A stretch of DNA of 56,265 bases, the filler included, from Sphacelaria rigidula (lineage: Eukaryota): NCBI GenBank assembly GCA_964200075.2. It is 7 parts of 7 records of this genome, joined end to end, with 100 filler letters (N's around TTAATTAATTAA, not from the genome) between each part and the next. Parts side by side here need not be neighbours in the genome. Positions count along the whole stretch, not along the records: positions 48,315 to 56,265 come from CAXNAA020012869.1; 6 more parts are not named here. One strand, written 5' to 3'. The translations under genes and the position numbers were made by a program. Below, in pieces: positions 49,999 through 56,265 of this stretch; the stretch's first letter is position 1, and every line of letters starts with the position of its first letter. The notes beneath the pieces were generated by a model that saw only the letters and a program-made list of their open reading frames with translations, was not told the origin of the DNA and did not search any database.

Positions 49999-50197
49999 GT
50001 GAGAATGCATATCCCAACCGTACCGCTATTTGCTGGCTTGGCGTGAGTTGTCAATTATCCATCAACAGTCAGCTTGTTTTGGGCATGGGTCGGCTCCGGT
50101 CCCCGAAGGGTCGTGTCCTCTATCGGCCATGTGCTTGCGTCAGCCCTACCTCATGTGCTTGTTTTTGCTCTTTGTCTGTTCGGCTTGGAACCCTCAG

Positions 50198-50314
50198 CGT
50201 GATGCCAAAGCTGTCGAAATATTCAAAGTCAGCCCTCGTCGGCCGGCAGATGGTGGCCAAGTTTCGGGGCGACGGCCCCGCCGAGGCTGTCGGAGTGTAC
50301 CTGGTGAACGTGCG
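50198..50314 (+). CDS. MOG1: Mog1/RANGRF (Ran guanine nucleotide release factor)-like gene, penultimate exon
   Basis: CCTCAG acceptor and GTGAGT donor; VMPKLSKYSKSALVGRQMVAKFRGDGPAEAVGVYLVNV(R) matches the Mog1 GxQxVxKF motif. Confidence 0.8.
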
Positions 50315-50596
50315 GTGAGTTAGGTGTCATCCACGCTCATCATCCCCTCCAGACCGCGGCAAAATACGAGTACTTCGCGCGAAATTTCATGCCGTGTGTG
50401 TGGATACTGTACTATCTTTGAACCTCACGCGCTACTTCTTGGTTGGGTTTGAATTCGCCGTGTACATCAAATATCGTTCGTGCCCGTACTTTCACTTTAC
50501 CGGAGCGTTTGAGACTATGTTACCGTGTGTTCACGCCACCGCCTTGTTGGTAACCCTTTGCCGTGCTCGCGCGTACGCGCACTTCGCGTTTTACAG

Positions 50597-51068
50597 ACTG
50601 CCGAACGTGGATACAGACCTTCTGCTGACAGTAAACGTGCCCTACCCAGACGAAGCGTCTGCAGCAGAAGCCGTCGCCGCCGTCGGTACACGGGACGCCT
50701 TCATGTTCGAAGCAAGCACCCTACCCATGCGTCGAAAAGTTACGGGCGGTGTGGAGACGGAGAACCCTACGCTTGAGACGGAACAGCCCGTCTCTCAACA
50801 ACACAGTTGTCCAGATTCTCTGCAAGAACCCTCATCGACCGTTGAGCGTAGCGGGAACACGTCCGATTGTGGGGCAAGAGGAATTGAAGGCACTACGGAG
50901 AGTGTCTTGTGTGATGGAAATACAAGGGATGATGATGATGGTAATTTTGAAGGCGGAGAGGGTGTTCGGGGTGGTGGTGGAGTCGACGTTGGTGGTGTGG
51001 CGGGTGTTGCTGTTTTGAAGATGATGCTTGAGTCATTTAATATCCTGGATTGGTCCCTGTTTGGTTGA
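50597..51068 (+). CDS. MOG1: Mog1/RANGRF-like gene, last exon
   Basis: TTTTACAG acceptor; split codon CG|A gives RLPNVDTDLLLTVNVP; C-terminus LESFNILDWSLFG* is typical of Mog1. Confidence 0.85.
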
Positions 51069-51101
51069 AATATGGCTGTACTTTATAAGAGGACAGGGGA
51101 A

Positions 51102-51210
51102 TGTGTTGTTTGTGTTGTCATCCCATCTACTCTAGAAGCCAGTCTGCACCTTTCGGTATATGTGGGTGCATCAGCCGGGGTCACCCAGAAAGAAGGCCAA
51201 CACAGGAGTT
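51102..51210 (-). mobile_element. tRNA-SINE 3' tail fragment in the Mog1 3' UTR
   Basis: Matches 49239-49345; starts about 35 bp after the stop codon. Confidence 0.85.
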
Positions 51211-51215
51211 TTGTA

Positions 51216-52158
51216 CAAGCTGGTTCACGTGAAAGACCCAAAAATCACTCATCGGCAAAACTTTATACCGTTTTAAGGAGTTGGGCTACTTCCTATGTAT
51301 AAAAAAAAATTGGTTGAAAAGTGCATTTTTGGCCCTTCGTCGTTTTCCCCCCGAGTGCTAGGCGGCTGTTGACACCTTGGAATGACTTGCTCTACTCGCT
51401 AAGGGGGTTCCAAAGCACCTTCGCGTTTTCCGTAGGTCACGGTTTCGTTTGAAGCCGAACTTGCATTCTCAATAACAAACGGTCAAGGTACCAAAAAAAT
51501 GTTGGGTTTTTCGGGGAAACTTCGATCCAGTCGGACCCCCCTAAAACGTTAAAAATTGAGTGGAACACCTCGTTCATCCAAAGGTGCGTAATTACTCATA
51601 GCACATATGTGCAAAATTTTAGAGTTTAAAGGCTACTTCCTACGTATCGAAAAGTAAAAGTTGTTGAAAATTGCTTTTTTGGCCCTTCTCCGTCGTTTTT
51701 GGCCCCAAACCCAAAAAAGGGCTAGGCGGATGTGGACACCTTGGAATGACTTGGTCTACTCGCTGAGATCGTTCCAAGGCACCTTTGTGTTTTCTGTAGG
51801 TCATGGTTTCGTTTTGGCCAAAAATGCGTTTTCAATAACAAACGGTCAAGTTATCGAAAAACAGGGGGAAAACTGCCATTTTTTTAATAACTCGACCGTT
51901 CGTTACTGAAAATATATTTTTGGCCGAGGACGAAACCATAACCTACGGAACACGCAAAGGTGCTCTGGAACGGTCTCAGCGAGTAGACCAAGTCATTCCA
52001 TGGTGTCCACATCCGCCTAGCCCTCTTTGGGGCCAAAAGCGACGGAGAAGGGCCAAAAAAGCACTTTTCAACAACTTTTACTTTTCGATACGTAGGAAGT
52101 AGTAGCCCAACTCCTTAAAATGGCGTCAAGATTTTCGTGTTTGTGCGATGAACCTTGC
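51216..52158. mobile_element. Composite foldback DNA element with three arms
   Basis: Arms 51270-51500 and 51630-51860 are direct repeats, both inverted to 51880-52120 (TTTTAAGGAGTTGGGCTAC..GTAGCCCAACTCCTTAAAA); related to 6965-7365. Kolobok-like TTAA-GG junctions are present but the inverted similarity may extend beyond them. Confidence 0.75.
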
Positions 52159-53889
52159 CGTGCCTCGGTGAAACCGCAAACTACTAGATTTTAGATGAAA
52201 ATGGCATATTTGACCCCGCTCTGACGTGAACATGAAGATTCAATCATCAGTGAATCGAGTTTGATCACGAAACTTTGTGAGGCTCTCCCTTGGGTTTTGC
52301 GGCGACAGGGCGTTTGCGAAAAAATGAAAAAAAAATTGTAGTGCCGGCTTCCAGGGTCCCAGATTGGAGACGACTTCGAAAAAACGACTTGGATCCGTCC
52401 GACCCCCGAAAAACGGTAAAAAAAGTCAATGTGTAGAAGAACATCGTCGATTGAAACTTGCGTGATAACCCGAGCATAATTCTGCAAAATTTCAGAGTCT
52501 AACTCCTAGTAACTGCGTGAAGGTTTGCGCGTGTGTGCGAGGAAGTAAGCTTCAAGCGTGCAAACTTTGAACTACTTGGTTCTAGTATGAAGATCATTTT
52601 CGGGTGAATTTCACGTCGAGGCAAGAAAAACTGACATTTTCGAGTTTCTCAACCAAACTTCGTATATGTGTTCCTCGGACTATCCCGGGATTCATCATGC
52701 TATTCCTTCTTCTTTTGAGGTATTATGTACCGCCTTCCGGGGTCTTTATACTGACCCTCGGAAGCCGGTAAAGAACGAAGAATATTTGAATTTTTGCTAA
52801 TCCAATTATATCCGTTTAGAGCATCAATACCTACGGAATTGCCAAGTTTGAGGATTAACTGAGCTTTCCTACGACAGATATGAAGGAAATTGTCACGAGG
52901 CTCCCTGGGTCTTTCGTACTGTAGTTAGACGACGCCAAAGCTCCGTATCACCGAAATATTACGGTTTCGGGCATAATTCGACCCCGTTGGAACCGTTTTC
53001 AAATCTGTTTCTCCCGTTAGATTCCCGAGCTGATGACGGTTACTACGATTTGAAGCATGTGGAGATTCGGTGGAAATTGGACTCGGACTTCGTGTTTTCC
53101 ATTTCAGAACAATTTGAAAGGCGCTGATTGGTGGAGACACCTTCTTTCTTGTCCATAGTGTCACCGCTATAGCCTTCAACAAAAACCCGGTCATGTCACC
53201 CTCTTTGTCTGTTCATTGCCGTCAGCACGATACCATGTATGCGATTATTGGGTGTGTATTGCGGGAGGCATTTGCTGATGACAGAATTTTGGGTCTTTTG
53301 CGTGAACCAGCCTGTACCTCAAACTTGTGTATTTTATTATATCATTATTATTTCCGCACATTAGTCCGATCTCGCGAACCTGTGGTCACAGACGTGGGCT
53401 CGCCTTTCCAATACCGTCCTTGCTATTCCTCACCAGAAACATTACCAGAATAAGAATTAGGAGACGCCACGAAAACCGGTGAGAAGTAGCTCCCCCGAGT
53501 TCAACGGGGAGAGGAAAGAGGGAAAGAAAAACAAACCAACAAACAACAAACACCAGTTCTGTCACAAGTGTACATCGAAAGAAAGGAAGAGAGAAGATAA
53601 GAAAGGACAAAACAGGTGACACAGGGAGATTAGCATGGCCACCATGTCAGGGTTCAACTAAAAAAAAAGCACCCTCATACACGACCACCACGGCTGTTGA
53701 AAGAAAGGCAGCAACGAGTGTACTGCCCGAATGGATCACAGGTTACTTTTTTGAGATCCTCGGTCGGCACTGGGGGAGCTCTAGAGGCAGTAGAGCAAAC
53801 AACTCCTTAGCTTGGTGTGCTTAGGTCCAAGCTGTCATATACGAACTAGCCCCCTCCTCTACAACTCGACGGGTAGTTCCACCTAAATT

Positions 53890-54113
53890 CTGCGGTGCTT
53901 GCCTGATTTTTCATCGCGTGAGCGGTTCAGCAATCCCCTTCCCTCGTCGACCATGAAGTCGTATTTTGTGTTCTCACAACATAGTTGCTCTCCACCGTTG
54001 GGTATGGGGGGAGAAGAAAATCCCAGATCGTGTGACTTCATCGAGATTCGAACCCACGACTCAACCGTGAGGAGGATTCGACGTCACCAACTGAGTCACT
54101 GGGGCGATCGGCT
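53890..54113 (-). mobile_element. tRNA-derived SINE, head and core (3'-truncated)
   Basis: GATCGCCCCAGTGACTCAGTTGG..GGTTCGAATCTCG plus family core. Confidence 0.85.
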
Positions 54114-54514
54114 GGGGAATGCACACAAATTCCGCTTTCCCGTGCACAGGAATGGCTCACTGATGTGGGGTTGTCGGCGACACTGGGATTCGCCGTGCAT
54201 GCACTTGTGTTGAATATTCGCGGTGTAAATGAATAACCAGTGAAAACAGCTCAGGGAACAAGAATAAATATCGTGAAAAAAGATCGACATCACGGAAGCA
54301 TTCAGACAACAGTTTGTGGGCAAAGGTCGAGCTGTTCATTTTTCACAGGTGTTCTGTGCCAATGCTTATGTTTTTCTACTCGGAACGCCATGTACGAATG
54401 CCCCCGCAGGGCATAGATCTCACTGAAGTTTACAGTCAACACGCACAAAAGGATATGACAAAGGGGTGGCGAAAACATTCAACTACCTACTTAGCTGCGT
54501 GCGCTCGCATTTAC

Positions 54515-54647
54515 TCCACGACCGTCAGCCGACGACGAACGTTCTCTAGAACAATCCCATGCCCTTCGTTTCCTTTAACCCATATTGGCCGTACTGTTTT
54601 TGATATACGCGATCGTACTGGTTTAACCTCACTTTGAACCCTGGCCC
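54515..54647 (-). pseudogene. Partial tandem duplicate of the ferredoxin-like last exon
   Basis: GPGFKVRLNQYDRVYQKQYGQYGLKETKGMGLF* plus a little 3' UTR; lacks the splice acceptor and the LTCQ cysteine. Confidence 0.75.
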
Positions 54648-54752
54648 CAACCCAGTTGCCTACTCAGCTGCATACGGTCGCTTTCACTCCACGTCCAAGG
54701 AGATGAATACAATTAGTGTCTTCCACGACCATCAGTGGACGACGAACGTTCT

Positions 54753-54893
54753 TTAAAACATTCCCATGAATCCCTTCTTCGTATCCTTCAACTCATATTT
54801 GCCGTACTGTTCCTCGTATACGCGGTCGTACTGGTTCAACCTCACTTTGAGCCCTGGCCCGCATGGGTACGTCTGGCAAGTCAACGTGAACCC
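54753..54893 (-). CDS. Last exon of a plant-type [2Fe-2S] ferredoxin-like protein with a C-terminal extension
   Basis: TATCTTCCAG acceptor, phase 0; GFTLTCQTYPCGPGLKVRLNQYDRVYEEQYGKYELKDTKKGFMGMF* resembles GxxLxCxxYP followed by VYxxQ(F/Y)G of FdC/Fed2-type ferredoxins. Confidence 0.7.
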   Translation of the reverse strand, partial: GFTLTCQTYPCGPGLKVRLNQYDRVYEEQYGKYELKDTKKGFMGMF

Positions 54894-55449
54894 CTGGAAG
54901 ATAACAACAGAACACGCGGACGAGGGGAGGGGGAGGTGGTGGTGGAGTCGGGTGCGTCCGCGACGAGACACGGGCAGAATGAAACAGGGCAACAGCACAC
55001 AGTACGCGATAGTACTGCAGGGATATCGGTATCTTCAAGGCATGAATACTTCCCATATCACGAACCACTATCGCACCCTGGTGGTGGGTAAATTAAACTG
55101 GTACGATCGGGTAGAACGGGAAAATGCAGATTCGAATCTCGGCAGATGAAGTTGGGTTTGTTCCTCGATTGATGTTACTTTATGCCAACGTCCCGACATG
55201 GGGACAAGTAAAGTTTGATATACCGTTGCCCTTGCTCGACATGAGCGGCACATCCCATCGGGCCAAACACGGCCTCATCAGTACTGCACAATGCACACCG
55301 TTTCACGAAATGTATACGAGCTGGGCCAGCCTAAAAACGGATTCAAGCTCTAGAAGCGATATCTCAACGACACAGAGGAATTGGGCCGTGATCCGCATAT
55401 CGTATTAATCGTCTAATCAAGGGGAAGGTGCCCATCTGCTCAAAAATCT

Positions 55450-56265
55450 GGGCCAATTTTTTCTCGTCGAGTAATCCCATGTATAGTAATTCCTATACCT
55501 AGCGGAGAAAGCGTCCACACTAAAATCTATATGAAACCCCGAACGATCGATCAAGCGGATGACGACGATTTTTGGTGCGGACCTTCCCTGGACCACGGGG
55601 AGACGATAGATACCTTCACTTTCACCTAATTCGTTATCTATCTCGAGAAATGGCGCACATGAGGTTCTACACTAAAACCAGTATATTACGAGCAGAGGCA
55701 CTAAGTGATCTAAATCTGGATATCGCGTCTCCGTTTTTGAGAGCTGGGCTATGAAATTTGGTATGGAGAACCGCTAGCGCATAATAAAATAAAAAACACA
55801 GCTTTTCCGGTTTTTTTTTCTCGTTTTTCCTACCTTTTTTCGTGATTTTAGGGGGTTTTGAGGAGAAATGAACATTGCTCTTAGGCCTTAACTTAATTTT
55901 TAGAATTGTGATTTGAAACTTGGCGTGGAGAACGACAGAATTATGCTGAGTAAAAAAAAAATGGGCCTTGATTTTTACTTCTTTAATGAGAGGTTCGGGC
56001 GTTCTCGTACAAAAATCATCGTTTCCATACTAAAACGCCCTTAGTCAGTGAAAAAAAGTACTAAAACCCATCCTCGCCCATTGTTCTTGGTTCGTCACGA
56101 CCTAGCACGGTCCCGCACAAAGTTTCAACCCACAAACACCAAACGTGGGCCGATAAACGGCCTGCAAAATATTGTTCCGAAATTCCGCCGCCTCAGTTCT
56201 TCAAATGTAAATCCGCTTTTTTTTTTTGGAGTTGGAAAGTGAGATTTGGTATGGACAATCAACAG
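55450..56265. mobile_element. Probable non-autonomous DNA transposon remnant
   Basis: Three TGA(A/G)A(T/C)TTGG(T/C)(A/G)TGGA motifs (about 55752, 55914, 56240); TACACTAAAACCAGTATATT shared with 12501-12520. Confidence 0.35.

Noticed and set aside
55250..55290. Hammerhead core on the minus strand (CTGATGA-GGCC-GTGTTT-GGCC)
   Set aside because: Stem II is followed by CGAT instead of the essential GAAA, and stems I and III are not evident.

Overview
This is eukaryotic, repeat-rich nuclear DNA, most likely from a brown alga or another stramenopile. That assignment is inferred from the roughly balanced GC content, GT-AG exons, a GGAI..FxxN repeat exon and the transposon types. The window is not a contiguous locus. 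It is seven contigs of 7953, 7953, 7953, 7952, 7952, 7951 and 7951 bp, sorted by size and joined by artificial 100-bp N44-TTAATTAATTAA-N44 spacers, so neighbourhood across spacers means nothing. Host-gene content is small: the 3' exons of a Mog1/RANGRF-like gene (+, about 49.9-51.1 kb), the last exon of a 2Fe-2S ferredoxin-like gene (-, 54.75-54.89 kb) with a diverged partial duplicate beside it, and one symmetric phase-1 exon encoding a polymorphic-membrane-protein-type repeat (27.6 kb). The rest is mobile DNA: a roughly 360-bp tRNA-derived SINE family (7 copies or fragments), a second retroposon tail family, an RTE-clade LINE lacking its RT core, a decayed LINE RT, decayed hAT transposase and BED-finger exons, and many MITE/foldback elements. 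Contig 6 is a Ty3/Gypsy nest with gag-CCHC-protease, three LTR-end/ATG junctions, a solo LTR inserted inside the PBS/start-codon motif, and an inverted repeat with arms of about 2 kb. I found no convincing CRISPR array, ribozyme, prokaryotic operon or clearly novel system. The most unusual observations are in the Gypsy nest.
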